A stretch of DNA of 63,962 nucleotides, the filler included, from an uncultured Synergistales bacterium (lineage in GTDB: Bacteria > Synergistota > Synergistia > Synergistales > Aminobacteriaceae), in assembly GCA_937897575.1 (NCBI GenBank). It is 6 parts of 6 records of this genome, joined end to end, with 100 filler letters (N's around TTAATTAATTAA, not from the genome) between each part and the next. Parts side by side here need not be neighbours in the genome. Positions count along the whole stretch, not along the records: positions 24,447 to 44,988 come from CALCQG010000074.1; positions 45,089 to 60,992 come from CALCQG010000075.1; 4 more parts are not named here. One strand, given 5' to 3'. Numbering within the stretch: position 1 is the first letter of the stretch; every line of letters starts with the position of its first letter. The position numbers were made by a program, and so were the translations under genes. The notes beneath the pieces were generated by a model that did not search any database, was not told where the DNA came from, and saw only the letters and a list, made by a program, of their open reading frames with translations. This document shows positions 40,282-51,218 of this stretch, in pieces.

Positions 40282-42036
40282 CTATCGCGGTGTCTTTCCG
40301 TCTTGGAGTCCGGTGTGTTCTCTGTAGAGGGCGAGCCTCCGGGCCAGAGACTCCCGGCCGATCATGCCGGTGCTCGTCTGAACGGAGTACATCTTCTCGG
40401 GCATGCGGACGGCCTCCGGATCGAAGCCGCAGAGCCTCTTCCATTCATACTTTCGTGCCAGAGCCCTCTCGCCCAGTTTTTCGAGGCCGGGACCGTCCCA
40501 CGACAACCCGAGGGCGTCGAGCCCCTGGAGGATGACCGTCTCGTCGTAGACGCCCCGGGCGAAGAGGCAGACGATGAGGGAGTTCATGACCATCCGCCAC
40601 CGGGCATCCCTGACCTGGTCCTTGACCTGGTCCTCCACGGGTTTCGGTGCGTTCAGGAGCTTCTGGTCGGCGGAGTAGCCGCTGTCGTCGAGGTGGGAGT
40701 GGCGCACGCCCATAAGGGAGGTGACGGCGAAGTTCTCGCCCGTCATATACCCGCCGGGCTCCACCCTGCCGTAGTGGATGGCCCAGTCCGTGCCGCCCCA
40801 CTTCTCCGAGCACCAGGCGCTGCCGCGCTCCAGGTCGCGGTAGAACTCCCCCTGCCCCCTGGCGATGCGCTCGAGCACGGCCATATAGGTCGCCCCGTCG
40901 CCGAAGGAAAGGGTAAGCCCCTCCGTCGCGTCGGCGGACAGCGTGCCCCGGAGGAAGGACTCCGTCGCCCAGGCGAGGGTTCCGCCGAGGGAGATGACGT
41001 CCCACCCCTGCTTCTCGGTGAAGAGAAGCAGCCTGAGGATGTCCTCGGGGTTCGAGAGGCTGAGCATGCTCCCCATGGCGTAGAGGAGCTCGTAGTCGTA
41101 GGAGATCCTGTTGGTGCTGTAGTGGTATGGGGCGAACTCCTCCCGGAGCTCGGCCATGTGGATGCAGCCGCACTGACAGTGGGCGCAGGCCGTGTGCTGC
41201 ACAAGAAAATCCTTTGCGAAACGCTCGCCGCTGATGGCCTCGGCCCCCTCGAAGTGCCCCTGGGTGAAGTTGCGGGTGGGCAACCCCCGGATGAGGGAGA
41301 GGGGGACGATGTTCGACGATGTGCCGAGGTCGTGGTATTTCTTCATCTCCTTGGACCGGACGACCCGGTCGTAAAGGGTGTCGTACACCGCCTTGTACTC
41401 CTTCGGCCGGGCGATGGGCGGGGTTCGGGTGCCGCTTGCCACGATGGCCTTGAGGTTCTTGCTGCCCAGCACGGCGCCGAGGCCGAGGCGCCCGAAGTGG
41501 CGCGAGCCGTCCACGGTGGCGCAGGCGATGGGGGAGAGGCGCTCGCCCGCCGGGCCGATCCGGAGGATGGAGACCTTCCGCCCGGAGCGGCTCTCCGCCT
41601 CGCGCAGGATCCGGTCCGTGGCGAGGGCGGACTGCCCCCAGAAGGTAGCGGCGGATTTCACGGCGACGGTCTCGTTCTCGATGGTCAGATAGGACGGTGC
41701 CTTGGCCCTCCCCGTGATGACCAGGGCGTCGATCCCGGCGTCCCTGAGGGCCATGGAGAGGCGCCCGCCGGCGTGGGACTCGCCCAGCTCCCCCGAGAGG
41801 GGGGACATGAAGAGGGAGACGGTCTTCGTCGCCACGGGCAGCAGGGCGTTGAAGGGGCCGATGGCGAAGATGACGGGGGCCTCGGGGGCAAGAGCGTCGC
41901 CCTTGGGGTCGCCGTGGCGGAAGAGGAGCTCCGTGGCTACGGCCGTGCCGCCCATGAACTCTCGGAAGAGGGCCTCGTCCCGCTCGACGCGGCTCTGCCC
42001 GCTCGTGAGATCCACATAGAGGATGGAGGCGTTCAT
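40282..42036 (-). CDS. aldehyde:ferredoxin oxidoreductase (tungsten AOR family)
   Basis: SPLSG, ESHAGG, IGPAGE, GRLGLGAVLGSKNLKAI, CAHCQCGC. Confidence 0.92.
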   Translation of the reverse strand: MNASILYVDLTSGQSRVERDEALFREFMGGTAVATELLFRHGDPKGDALAPEAPVIFAIGPFNALLPVATKTVSLFMSPLSGELGESHAGGRLSMALRDAGIDALVITGRAKAPSYLTIENETVAVKSAATFWGQSALATDRILREAESRSGRKVSILRIGPAGERLSPIACATVDGSRHFGRLGLGAVLGSKNLKAIVASGTRTPPIARPKEYKAVYDTLYDRVVRSKEMKKYHDLGTSSNIVPLSLIRGLPTRNFTQGHFEGAEAISGERFAKDFLVQHTACAHCQCGCIHMAELREEFAPYHYSTNRISYDYELLYAMGSMLSLSNPEDILRLLLFTEKQGWDVISLGGTLAWATESFLRGTLSADATEGLTLSFGDGATYMAVLERIARGQGEFYRDLERGSAWCSEKWGGTDWAIHYGRVEPGGYMTGENFAVTSLMGVRHSHLDDSGYSADQKLLNAPKPVEDQVKDQVRDARWRMVMNSLIVCLFARGVYDETVILQGLDALGLSWDGPGLEKLGERALARKYEWKRLCGFDPEAVRMPEKMYSVQTSTGMIGRESLARRLALYREHTGLQDGKTPR

Positions 42037-42464
42037 GACGGCGTCGCCTCCGTCCCGCCGTCCTCCACGAGGGCGAGGACGTCGTTGGGGCAGTACCTGA
42101 CGCACTGGCCGCAGTGGATGCAGGGCAGGGGCTGTTTCTCCTCCTCGTCCCACTGGAGGGCGCTTATGGCGCAGGCTTTGACGCAGGTTTTGCACGAGAT
42201 GCAGAGGTCCTTGTCGAGCCGGACGCCGCCGCCCGGCGCCGTGATGAGGGCCCCCGTCGGGCAGGCGGAGGCGCAGTCCGGATGCGCGCACCGGGCGCAG
42301 ACCCGGATGGAGAAGGCGCCCTCCAGTCCGGCGTAGCTCCGGACGCGCATGGAGGCCTTGCCGCTGCCCATGGAATTTCTGACCATGCGGCTGCAGGCGT
42401 ACATGCAGCTGAAGCAGCCGATGCAGCGGTCTCTGTTCACCACGCGAAGATATTTCACGCCCAT
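42033..42464 (-). CDS. 4Fe-4S dicluster electron-transfer subunit of AOR
   Basis: CIGCFSCMYAC, CARC..PDCASACP, CISCKTCVKAC, CIHCGQCVRYCP; 4-nt overlap with AOR. Confidence 0.92.
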   Translation of the reverse strand: MGVKYLRVVNRDRCIGCFSCMYACSRMVRNSMGSGKASMRVRSYAGLEGAFSIRVCARCAHPDCASACPTGALITAPGGGVRLDKDLCISCKTCVKACAISALQWDEEEKQPLPCIHCGQCVRYCPNDVLALVEDGGTEATPS

Positions 42465-42576
42465 GCCGATCACCTCGATTTCACCACGTCATGATCCCCT
42501 GAAAATGCCGCGCCTGTCAACTGGTACAATAGAACAGGAACGTTCCGAAACGGATGTGTCCGGTGGAGGTGACAGG

Positions 42577-42900
42577 ATGAGAAGATGGTCTGTTCTTCTG
42601 GTCGCGCTGGTTTTGTTGATCGCCCCGGAGGCGGCTCAGGGGAGGCCCTGGGACGAACCCCGGCAGGAGATGGGGTCCGAGGCGCACAGCACCTACTCCT
42701 TCTTCGAGGGACGGGTGCGGATGGTGGCGGACTATACCCCGGGCGCCCCGGAGGTGCTGGAGGTGTACGTGCAGCAGCTCGTCCCCTCCCATAACGTGGC
42801 GGAGGTCCAGCAGTGGAACTATCGGGCCGACGGCAGCCAGTACCGGGTTCAGGACAGCTACGCCTATACCATGGATCGGTGGACGCTGGTCGATCAGTGA
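42577..42900 (+). CDS. hypothetical secreted protein
   Basis: SD GGAGGTG; signal peptide MRRWSVLLVALVLLIAPEAAQG. Confidence 0.65.
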   Translation: MRRWSVLLVALVLLIAPEAAQGRPWDEPRQEMGSEAHSTYSFFEGRVRMVADYTPGAPEVLEVYVQQLVPSHNVAEVQQWNYRADGSQYRVQDSYAYTMDRWTLVDQ

Positions 42901-43083
42901 TTCGTCCGTCCCGAGTGGGCCTCGTGGAGGCCCGTGAAGAAGGAGTCGATCCAGGAAAAAATATTCCGCGCCGCCGTGGAGGTCCTGCAAAAAGGACGTC
43001 CGTAGGGCACCGGGCGTTTTGGAAAAACTCCTGAAAGGATACGACGTTACCGTCAAGATTGACGCCATGCGAGGAGTACGAAA

Positions 43084-43476
43084 ATGGACAGACTACATCA
43101 CTATATAAAGGAAAACGCCCAACTCTACGGCCAGGGGAGCCGGAAAAAACTCCTCGAAAACATGGCTCTCCGCTCCGGAGCCTTCTGGATCGAGGATGAA
43201 CTCGAACCGTGGGAACGCCTTGTTCATTGGCCCGAGTTCGAGCTCCTCTCGGCCTTCGAATTCTTGTGGCCGGAGCTCTCCGACGATGAACGCGCCCACC
43301 TCGACGGGTGGATCGCCAAATACTCCGGGTGGCGCGACCGTGGCATCTTCTTCTCCCGGTACCGTGACACCTTTGGCGCCCGCTTCACCTGGAAAGAGGA
43401 GCGTGCCGCCGCCGAGGAACTTCTCGGCCGCATCATCCCGAAAAGCCACTGGTGGTTCTGGCCGCCGGAGGAGTAG
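43084..43476 (+). CDS. hypothetical Trp/Glu-rich protein
   Basis: SD GAGGAG, GC3-biased codons, followed by terminator. Confidence 0.7.
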   Translation: MDRLHHYIKENAQLYGQGSRKKLLENMALRSGAFWIEDELEPWERLVHWPEFELLSAFEFLWPELSDDERAHLDGWIAKYSGWRDRGIFFSRYRDTFGARFTWKEERAAAEELLGRIIPKSHWWFWPPEE

Positions 43477-43496
43477 GCGGAGAACGGAGAAGACGA

Positions 43497-43520
43497 GGGG
43501 GCCGAAAGGCCTCCTTTTTT
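43497..43520 (+). terminator. intrinsic terminator
   Basis: GGGGGCC-GAAA-GGCCTCC + T-run. Confidence 0.7.
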
Positions 43521-43944
43521 ACCCACTTATCCACAAAAAGTATTGGGGAACCGCCCTCCCTGGTTCCCCAATAGAGGTTCCCCAATCCCGGGGAATCGAG
43601 AAGCGGAAAAAGAAAAAAGCCCCGCCCGGATGGGACGGAGCGAATCGACGAAAACAAGCCGTGAAGGGGATTCAAACACCTCGCAAACATCCGCGAAGAT
43701 CTAAAAATCGTGCCCCCTTCGCAAGCTCGAAAAACCGAGTCCACTCGGAAAAAACGGCTGAACCGAGCCTCTTCCGTTCTCAAATTCTCATCACGTGAAA
43801 ACGCCCCAACCCGCTCTAAATCACGCCTTCCGGATCTTTGCCCCCCGCCCCTCATTTCTCACACAATCCGAGAAAATGCAGTTTTTCCGCGGTCCGTGCG
43901 CCGAGCGAAGGGGACGAGGCGATCGGACCGCGAGGCTCAGGTCA

Positions 43945-43981
43945 AAATAACGGTGAGGCCGCGATGTCGCGGCCTCACCGT
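43945..43981 (-). terminator. intrinsic terminator of amidohydrolase gene
   Basis: Perfect 15-bp IR ACGGTGAGGCCGCGA/TCGCGGCCTCACCGT, then TATTTT on the minus strand. Confidence 0.75.
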
Positions 43982-44009
43982 CACTCTGCATGGACAAAGG
44001 CGACGGTCT

Positions 44010-44988
44010 CTACCGGACCTGGACGCCGTCCCTGAGCACGCCGCGCACCCGCTTCAGGGAACGGATGTCCAAAAGGGGGTCCCCCTCGAGGGCGACGAGG
44101 TCCGCGACGTACCCTTTTTCGACTCGTCCTTTATCCCTCATGCCGCAGAGGGCGGCGCCGTTTTCGGTCAGGGCGCTCAGGGCCTCGGCGGGGGAAAATC
44201 CCGCCGCGAGGAGCGCGTCCGCCTCCTCGGACGGGTCGAAGTCGTAGGAGTCGCCGCCGACGGCGATTCGGACGCCGGCTTGGCGGGCCTTCCTGAGCGT
44301 GCCATCGTACCGCTCCGTCATGGTGTGCCCCTTCTCCCGGATGACGGGGTCCGGGGAGGTCACGGCGCTTCGGACGGCCTTGTAGGTCACGACGAGGAAG
44401 GTCCCCTGCTCCGCCATCCGTCCGATGTCCTCGTCGGACAGGGAGGCGCCGTGTTCGACGGAGTCGGCGCCCGACCGGATCGATCGGCTGGCCCCTTCGC
44501 CGCCGTAGGCGTGGACGCCCACCTTCAGGCCCAGGTCGTGGGCCTCCCGGACGGCCGCTTCGATCTCTCCCTCCGTGTACTGGGGGTCGTAGGGTGTGCC
44601 GCCCCCGGAGACGACGCCCGAGACCATGAGCTTGATGTAGTCCGCCCCGCGCTTGGCCTCCTCCCGTACGGCCTTTCGGAGGTTCTCCGCGCCGTCGACC
44701 TCGCGGCAGACGGCCCACTTCGTGAACCCCGTCCGGGCGATCCGGTGCCCCGGGACGATCAGGTCGGGCCCCTGGAAGAGCTTCGCCCGGAGCGCCCGCT
44801 TGATGGCGAAGTTGACCGCCCCCCTGGACCCCGCATCCCGGACCGTCGTCACCCCTTTGTCCAGCAGCTCTCCGCAGACCGCCGCCGCCCGCAGGGCGAA
44901 GACGACGCCCACGTCCTCGTCCGGGACGGGGGCCGTGACGGAGTCCAGCGTCAGGTGGTCGTGGCAGTCGAACAGCCCGGGGAGGACG
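44010..44988 (-). CDS. metal-dependent amidohydrolase (prolidase-like), 5'-truncated
   Basis: LPGLFDCHDH, GVTTVRDAG, GADYIK, VHAYG, SVEHG, ADLVALEGDPL. Confidence 0.9.
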
Positions 44989-45088
44989 NNNNNNNNNNNN
45001 NNNNNNNNNNNNNNNNNNNNNNNNNNNNNNNNTTAATTAATTAANNNNNNNNNNNNNNNNNNNNNNNNNNNNNNNNNNNNNNNNNNNN
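44989..45088. other. artificial contig linker
   Basis: 44N-TTAATTAATTAA-44N. Confidence 0.99.
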
Positions 45089-45461
45089 CCCCGGCCGCCT
45101 CGAGGAGCGCCATCCCGCGCCCCCGAACCCGTTCGTCGGGGTCCACCATGCCCAGGACGACTCTCGCCACGCCCCTCTCGACGATATAGGGCGCGCAGGG
45201 GGGTGTCCTGCCGTGATGGGCGCAGGGCTCGAGGTTCACGTACAGCGTGGCGCCCTCGGCCGACGGCAGGCGATCCAACGCGGCCCGTTCGGCGTGCGCC
45301 CCGCCGCATCGCTCATGGTAGCCCTCCGAGAGAATCCTTCCGTCACGGACGACGACGCACCCCACCAACGGGTTGGGCGAGGTCCGGCGAGTCCCCCGCA
45401 AAGCCAGGCTGAGCGCCCGCCGCATGAAGTACTCGTCCATCTTTTTCCTACTGATCGCCAT
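45089..45461 (-). CDS. ribD: riboflavin biosynthesis deaminase/reductase, 3'-truncated
   Basis: SPNPLVG, HAE, LEPCAHHGRTPPC. Confidence 0.95.
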
Positions 45462-46923
45462 CGTCCTTCTCCTTCAGATACCGCACAATCTGCTCCGCCA
45501 GCGCAGGTCCGATGCCCGGCACGGAGGTCAGGTCGTCGGCGCTGCGCTCCGCTATCTCGCGGACGCTTCCGAATCGCCCGATGAGCTGCGCCGCCCGGTG
45601 CTTGCCTATGCCGGGGATGTCCTCGAGCAGGGAGCGGCGGAGGCGGGCTGATCGGGACGAACGGTGGCTCCCCACGGCAAAGCGGTGCGACTCGTCCCGG
45701 ACCCTCTGAAGCAGCTGCAGGGACGGGTCGTCGAGGCCGAGGCGAAGGGGGGGGCCGTCTATGGTATGGTATATCAGTTCCTCCTCTTTTGCCAGCGACA
45801 CCACGGGGAGCTCCCCCAGGCCGAGGGCCAGCAGGGCTCTCTTGGCGAACTGGAGCTGCACCGGCCCTCCATCGATCAGGACGAGCTGCGGAAGGGGCTC
45901 GTTCTCCTTCAGGCAGCGCCCGTACCGTCTCGTCACCGTCTCCTCGATGGAGCGGAAATCGTCCACGCCCTCGACGGTCCTGATCCTGAACTTCCTGTAC
46001 AGCGACCGGTTCGGGACCCCCTGTTCGAAGACCACGACGACACCGTAGGTCTCCCGCCCCGACATGTGGGAGATGTCGAACCCGTCGATCCTCCATGGCA
46101 GCGTGGTAAGTCCCAGCTTCTCCTGCAGCTCGTTGAGGCAGAGCCACATGTCCCCGTCGAAGTCCTCCCTCAGCGGGGACGTTATCCTCTGCCGCGTGAT
46201 CCGCCATATGGCCCGGATGGTATCCCGAAGCCGGGCGGCCTCCTCGAAGTTCAGCGTCCTGGCGGCCCTGTCCATCCTGCTCCGGAGACGCTCCACCACC
46301 TCGGAGGACTGTCCCTGAAGGAGCAGGATCACGTCATCCGCGCGCTCCCTGTACTCCGCCGCGGAGACGTACCCGGCGCACGGAGCCATGCAGCGGCCGA
46401 GGGCGTGACGGAGACAGGGGCGGGTCGTCCGGCCCGACTGCCCGGCCACGATGTCCCGAGAGCAGGTCCTGAGGGGAAAATAGCGTTCGATGAGCCGAAG
46501 GAGGGATCGTACGTCCCCGGCGCTCACGTAGGGGCCGAAGTAGAGCGCCTCGTCCCGGGCCTTCTGCCGCGTGACGACGATCCTCGGGTATGGCTCGGCC
46601 GTGATCTTGATGTAGGGGTACCGGTCGGACATCTTCAGGTCCACATTGAAGAAGGGCGAGTACTTCCTGATGAGCTTCGCCTCGAGGATGAGGGCCTCGA
46701 CCTCCGTCTCCGTCCGGATGACGGAGATGTCCCGTATGGTCTGCACCAGTTTCCGAAGCCTCGGCGACGCGAAGGAGTCGTGGCGGAAGTAGGAGCTGAC
46801 CCTCTTCTTCAGCGATTTCGCCTTCCCCACATAGATGACCGACCCGTCGGCATCACGCATGAGGTAGATCCCCGGCCGGTCGGGAAGGTTCTTCAGGACG
46901 GTCTTTATCTTTTCCGAAGCCAT
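45448..46923 (-). CDS. uvrC: excinuclease ABC subunit C
   Basis: GIY-YIG PGIYLM...YVGKAK, UVR domain FEEAARLRD, FDISH, LIDGG, RDESHRFA, HhH motifs. Confidence 0.96.
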   Translation of the reverse strand: MASEKIKTVLKNLPDRPGIYLMRDADGSVIYVGKAKSLKKRVSSYFRHDSFASPRLRKLVQTIRDISVIRTETEVEALILEAKLIRKYSPFFNVDLKMSDRYPYIKITAEPYPRIVVTRQKARDEALYFGPYVSAGDVRSLLRLIERYFPLRTCSRDIVAGQSGRTTRPCLRHALGRCMAPCAGYVSAAEYRERADDVILLLQGQSSEVVERLRSRMDRAARTLNFEEAARLRDTIRAIWRITRQRITSPLREDFDGDMWLCLNELQEKLGLTTLPWRIDGFDISHMSGRETYGVVVVFEQGVPNRSLYRKFRIRTVEGVDDFRSIEETVTRRYGRCLKENEPLPQLVLIDGGPVQLQFAKRALLALGLGELPVVSLAKEEELIYHTIDGPPLRLGLDDPSLQLLQRVRDESHRFAVGSHRSSRSARLRRSLLEDIPGIGKHRAAQLIGRFGSVREIAERSADDLTSVPGIGPALAEQIVRYLKEKDDGDQ

Positions 46924-47022
46924 GTTGCCCTCCCACGTCCACTCTGTTGCATGGATCAATGTCGTTGAACTCTATTGTACGGTATAATGCGGAATAAGAA
47001 TGCATCCGGAGGTGTTTGTCCC

Positions 47023-48435
47023 ATGGCAATAACGCTCTACAACGACCTTACGAGACGAAAAGAACCTTTCGTGCCCCTGCGGGAGGGGCACGTCGGATTC
47101 TACAGCTGCGGACCCACGGTGTACGACTACTTCCATATCGGGAACGCCCGCCCCTTCATCGTGTTCGACGTGCTTCGCCGATACCTGGAGTATCGCGGAT
47201 ACTCGGTCACCTTCGTCCAGAACTTCACCGACATCGAGGACAAAATGATCACCCGGGCCAATCGAGAGGGCATCACCGTCAAGGAGCTGGCGGACCGGTT
47301 CATAACGGAGTACTACAAAGATGCCGACGCCCTGGGCGTTCGGCGCCCCACATACGCCCCCAAGGCGACGGAGCACATGGACGAGATCATCGCCCTCGTG
47401 CAGACCCTCGTGGACAAGGGGCACGCCTATGAGGCGGACGGGGACGTATTCTTCGACGTCAGCAGCTTCCCCACGTACGGCTCGCTGTCGAAGCAGAGTC
47501 TGGACGAACTCCAGTCCGGGGTGAGGGTCGAGGTCAACGAACGAAAGAGACACCCCCTCGACTTCGCGCTCTGGAAGGCGAAGAAGGAGGGCGAACCCTC
47601 CTGGCCGAGCCCCTGGGGCGAAGGACGACCCGGCTGGCACATCGAGTGCAGCGCCATGTCCATGAAGTACCTCGGCGACACCCTCGACATCCACTCCGGC
47701 GGGACGGACCTCACGTTCCCCCACCACGAGAACGAGATCGCCCAGGCCGAGGCCGCCACGGGCAAACCCTTCGTGCGCTACTGGATCCACAACGGGTATC
47801 TGCTCATCGACAAGGAGAAGATGTCCAAGTCCCTCGGCAACTTCCTCACGGCTCGGGCGGCCTTAGAAAAATACCCCGCGAAGGCCATCCGCTTCTTCAT
47901 GCTCAGCGCTCACTACCGCTCTCCGATCAACTTCTCGGAGGACAGCCTCACCCAAGCCGCGAGCGCGGTCGAACGCCTGAACAACTGCTGGTACGACCTG
48001 CTCTACGCGAAGAACAGCCGTGCCTCCGCGGAGGGGAACGGAGCGCACCCCCTCCTCTCCCAGTTCGACACCCTGAAGAACAAGTTTATCGAGTCCATGG
48101 ACGACGACTTCAACACCGCCGCCGCCCTTGGCGCCATCTTCGAGGCGGTGAAGCTCGTGAACACGTACCTCAAGGATGAGGACCCTCTGCAGAGCGACGC
48201 GCTTGCGAGGGCCGAGGCTTTCTTCGCCGACGTCGACGCCGTCATGGGCATCCTCGGCATCGAAGAGGGCGGATCCGATGATGCTCAGGAGATCGACAGC
48301 CTCGTTCAGGAGCGGATGGAGGCCAGAAAGAGAAAAGATTTCAAGCGTTCCGACGAAATACGGGACGACCTGGCCGCCCGAGGCATCATCCTCGAGGACA
48401 CGGCGGGCGGGACGAAGTGGAAACGGAAGGCGTGA
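47023..48435 (+). CDS. cysS: cysteine--tRNA ligase
   Basis: [40 protein letters not shown]. Confidence 0.98.
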   Translation: MAITLYNDLTRRKEPFVPLREGHVGFYSCGPTVYDYFHIGNARPFIVFDVLRRYLEYRGYSVTFVQNFTDIEDKMITRANREGITVKELADRFITEYYKDADALGVRRPTYAPKATEHMDEIIALVQTLVDKGHAYEADGDVFFDVSSFPTYGSLSKQSLDELQSGVRVEVNERKRHPLDFALWKAKKEGEPSWPSPWGEGRPGWHIECSAMSMKYLGDTLDIHSGGTDLTFPHHENEIAQAEAATGKPFVRYWIHNGYLLIDKEKMSKSLGNFLTARAALEKYPAKAIRFFMLSAHYRSPINFSEDSLTQAASAVERLNNCWYDLLYAKNSRASAEGNGAHPLLSQFDTLKNKFIESMDDDFNTAAALGAIFEAVKLVNTYLKDEDPLQSDALARAEAFFADVDAVMGILGIEEGGSDDAQEIDSLVQERMEARKRKDFKRSDEIRDDLAARGIILEDTAGGTKWKRKA

Positions 48436-48444
48436 GGAAAGGGG

Positions 48445-48954
48445 TTACAGGCCGGAGGGATCCCCTCCGGCCTTTTTCAATCGCCGTTGGAGCAAGAGGG
48501 ACAGAGGGATGCCGAGAAAAAAACAGGCCACGGCCTGCCCGAGGCCGACGTAGAGAGCGCAGGACCAGAAGGGGATCTTGAGGAGGAACGAGAGGTAGCC
48601 CCCCACAACGACCGCGTTCACCGCCACGGGCGGCACCGCCGCGAGATAGACGTTCGGCATCTTCGATGTCAGCAGGGCGGCGAACAGGGTAGCCAGGCTC
48701 CCGAGGACGATGTCGAGAAGCCCGAACCCGCCCCAGAGGTTGGCGATAAAGCATCCGACGAACAACCCAAGTATCGACTGGGGAAAGAAAAAGGGCAGCA
48801 GGGTCAGGGCCTCGGATATGCGGACCTGGACCTGCCCGTAGGAGATGGGGGCCAGAAGGATCGTCACGACGGCATAGGCCGCCGCCACAAGCCCCGACAG
48901 GGCGAGATTCCTGGCTGAGAGCAGCTCGTCGGTGGCCTTACCGGAACGACGCAT
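48445..48954 (-). CDS. queT: QueT-family ECF transporter S component
   Basis: AAAYAVVT...PISYGQVQVRISEAL, GCFIAN, DIVLGSLAT. Confidence 0.88.
   Translation of the reverse strand: MRRSGKATDELLSARNLALSGLVAAAYAVVTILLAPISYGQVQVRISEALTLLPFFFPQSILGLFVGCFIANLWGGFGLLDIVLGSLATLFAALLTSKMPNVYLAAVPPVAVNAVVVGGYLSFLLKIPFWSCALYVGLGQAVACFFLGIPLSLLLQRRLKKAGGDPSGL
48449..48478 (+). terminator. terminator of cysS overlapping the queT 3' end
   Basis: AGGCCGGAGGG-ATC-CCCTCCGGCCT + T-run. Confidence 0.75.
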
Positions 48955-48960
48955 GACCCG

Positions 48961-49635
48961 TCACTCGTTCGGCCCTTCCCCGCAGCACAGCCTTTCCCCC
49001 TTCCTCCCCTTCAGCAGGGGAACGAAGCGACAGTAGTCGTGCCAAATATTCTCGAATGTTCCCAGCGGCCCTTTTTTTCGGAGGAGAAGGCGTTCGCCCC
49101 CCGACGCCACGGAGACCGGAACCACTATTCGGCCGCCCGGCCGCAGCATCTCATCCCACGACGGATCGACGTCCGGGGCGGCGGCCGTCACCATGATCCC
49201 GTCGAAGGATCGCCCCTTGAGGCCTTGGTCGCCCGATCCGTCGGACCACAGGACGGTCACGTCGTACCCGAGCTCGGCGAGGATTTTTTTCGCCTGCTCA
49301 GCGAGGCTCCGGATCCGTTCGACGCTCGTGACCTGCGCCCCCATGGCGGCCAGGACCGCGGCCTGATAGCCCGAACCCGTCCCGATCTCCAGGATCTCCT
49401 CCCCTTTGGACGGCATGAGAAGCTCCGTCATCCGCGCCACCATGTAGGGCTGGGAGATGGTCTGGTCCTCCCCGATGGGCAGGGGGCTGTCGATCCAGGC
49501 GCTTTCGCGCAGACTATGCGGAAGAAAGAGATGACGGGGCACAGAGCGCATGGCGGCGAGGACCGCCTCGGACCGTATGCCCCGCGCAACAATCTGCTCA
49601 CTGATCATCGTCTCCGCCGACGCCGTCCATGACAT
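48961..49635 (-). CDS. pcm: protein-L-isoaspartate O-methyltransferase
   Basis: VPRHLF, QTISQPYMVA, LEIGTGSGYQAA, VTAAA, FVPL. Confidence 0.95.
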   Translation of the reverse strand: MSWTASAETMISEQIVARGIRSEAVLAAMRSVPRHLFLPHSLRESAWIDSPLPIGEDQTISQPYMVARMTELLMPSKGEEILEIGTGSGYQAAVLAAMGAQVTSVERIRSLAEQAKKILAELGYDVTVLWSDGSGDQGLKGRSFDGIMVTAAAPDVDPSWDEMLRPGGRIVVPVSVASGGERLLLRKKGPLGTFENIWHDYCRFVPLLKGRKGERLCCGEGPNE

Positions 49636-49941
49636 CGAAATCACCTCTCCGACAGAAGGAAGATCTTTCCGACACGCTGTTTCGTCAGGCCCTTTCAAGA
49701 CATCGTTGCACGCTGCGTATCCCTCGTTTTCGACCTGCCGGTCAGTGTATCAGCCCCATGGACAAAAGGCAAGAATTGCATTCAGTACACGAACGCCGGA
49801 GACGGCCCGCGCATGGACCGGATATCCTGCGGCGCAGCGTGCGAGGGCAGTCAAACGAGAGCGCTCTTTTGCGTCCTTTTCTGGCATGGGAAGGAGGGGG
49901 TGACGGAGTGACCCGCATATCCGACGGGGACCTTGCAAATA

Positions 49942-49962
49942 TGGCGGAGGCGTGTGGGAATC
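49942..49962 (-). repeat. att direct repeat (3' end of tRNA-Sec)
   Basis: TGGCGGAGGCGTGTGGGAATC identical to 60072-60092. Confidence 0.95.
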
Positions 49963-50374
49963 ACTCGGTTGAATTGTTAATCGCGAATTTATTCAGTGTT
50001 TAACGCGCTATGTTTACTTATGCTGTTAATAGTACACCTATATCCTGAGTAAAAGGCAAGATGTAATCGGAGACGTTTTCGTGAAAGAAGAGTTTTCACC
50101 CACGTCCAAGGTACATTTTACCGATGTTTCACCGCTTCCTCAGATACCAGAGAGCTCCCCGCTTTCTAGTGATTATGTGAGTAACTAATTACCAAAAGAG
50201 CGAAGTCCAAGAAACATCTGGTTTGGTATTATCCTAAATTGAACCCCAGATTATTCTTGGCTTCGCCTTATTTAAGATGAAATCACCAAGCAAACTCTGG
50301 ACACAGATTATCCTAAGCACAAGAATTAGGAATAACTCTGTTTAACATGATTGATTAAAATAAATAATTTTTCG

Positions 50375-51202
50375 TTATGCTCCGATTAATTTCGTTCCAC
50401 ACATGCCGTTTAAGACCGAAAGAGCGCTAAGGCAAGCTTGATAAGTAGTTTTGGGATTGCTTGGAACCGGCGTGTTTTCAAAAGTAACGTTGACCCTACC
50501 TGCAGGTCCTTCCCATTCAATCTCGTGGGTATTATATTTTATAAAAGGATCCGCATATATCTTTATAACAGTTTTTTCAAAACCTACTCCTGCTATACTT
50601 AAAGCTGCCGCAATATTTATACTTTGTGGATAAAGCTTGACACATTCTTTTGCAGGCCCTTCAAAAAGAAGCACCGGTTCTTTTAAGTTTTCCAAATCTA
50701 ACCCCATCTTTTCAACCACAGGAATTCCTTTCCATGTCGTTGAGTGCTTTCGTGTAGTCATGGTTACTTTCTGAAGCCCTCCCAACACTGCAGCTTGGAG
50801 AGCATCAAGAGCACCTATTCCCCCTGATGGTATATGAAGTCTGCTTTTACCCTTCCTTGAAGCTTCTGCCATCTCTTCAAGCAGATAGCAATCAACAAAG
50901 GCCCCTAAACTCATTGGGATAAAATCGACACCTGCCGCCAAAATTGTTGCTCCCATTTCTTTTACTGCATCATGAGTAGCGGCTTCTAACACCACATCAG
51001 GTTTAAATGCCAGGAGTTCATTTAGTTGTGTAACCCATGGAATTTTTCTGGACTCAAGGTAGTCTCTACCATGAGAAGCACTAGATCGTATATACACAGC
51101 GACGGGCACACAGTTAGGTAGTTTCTCATCAGACAAAAAGTCCAAAATGTACTGCCCCATTGTGCCACATCCGACTACTCCAACTCGAAGTTTTTCATTC
51201 AA
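50375..51202 (-). CDS. aspartate dehydrogenase family (NadX-like)
   Basis: GCGTMG, SLGAF, PSGGIGALD, LFEGPA, NIAAAL, NTHEI, NPKT. Confidence 0.88.
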   Translation of the reverse strand: MNEKLRVGVVGCGTMGQYILDFLSDEKLPNCVPVAVYIRSSASHGRDYLESRKIPWVTQLNELLAFKPDVVLEAATHDAVKEMGATILAAGVDFIPMSLGAFVDCYLLEEMAEASRKGKSRLHIPSGGIGALDALQAAVLGGLQKVTMTTRKHSTTWKGIPVVEKMGLDLENLKEPVLLFEGPAKECVKLYPQSINIAAALSIAGVGFEKTVIKIYADPFIKYNTHEIEWEGPAGRVNVTFENTPVPSNPKTTYQACLSALSVLNGMCGTKLIGA

Positions 51203-51218
51203 AGAGGCCCACTCCCAT

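Noticed and set aside
49640..49940. preQ1 riboswitch for queT
   Set aside because: queT follows pcm directly and no preQ1 consensus was recognised upstream
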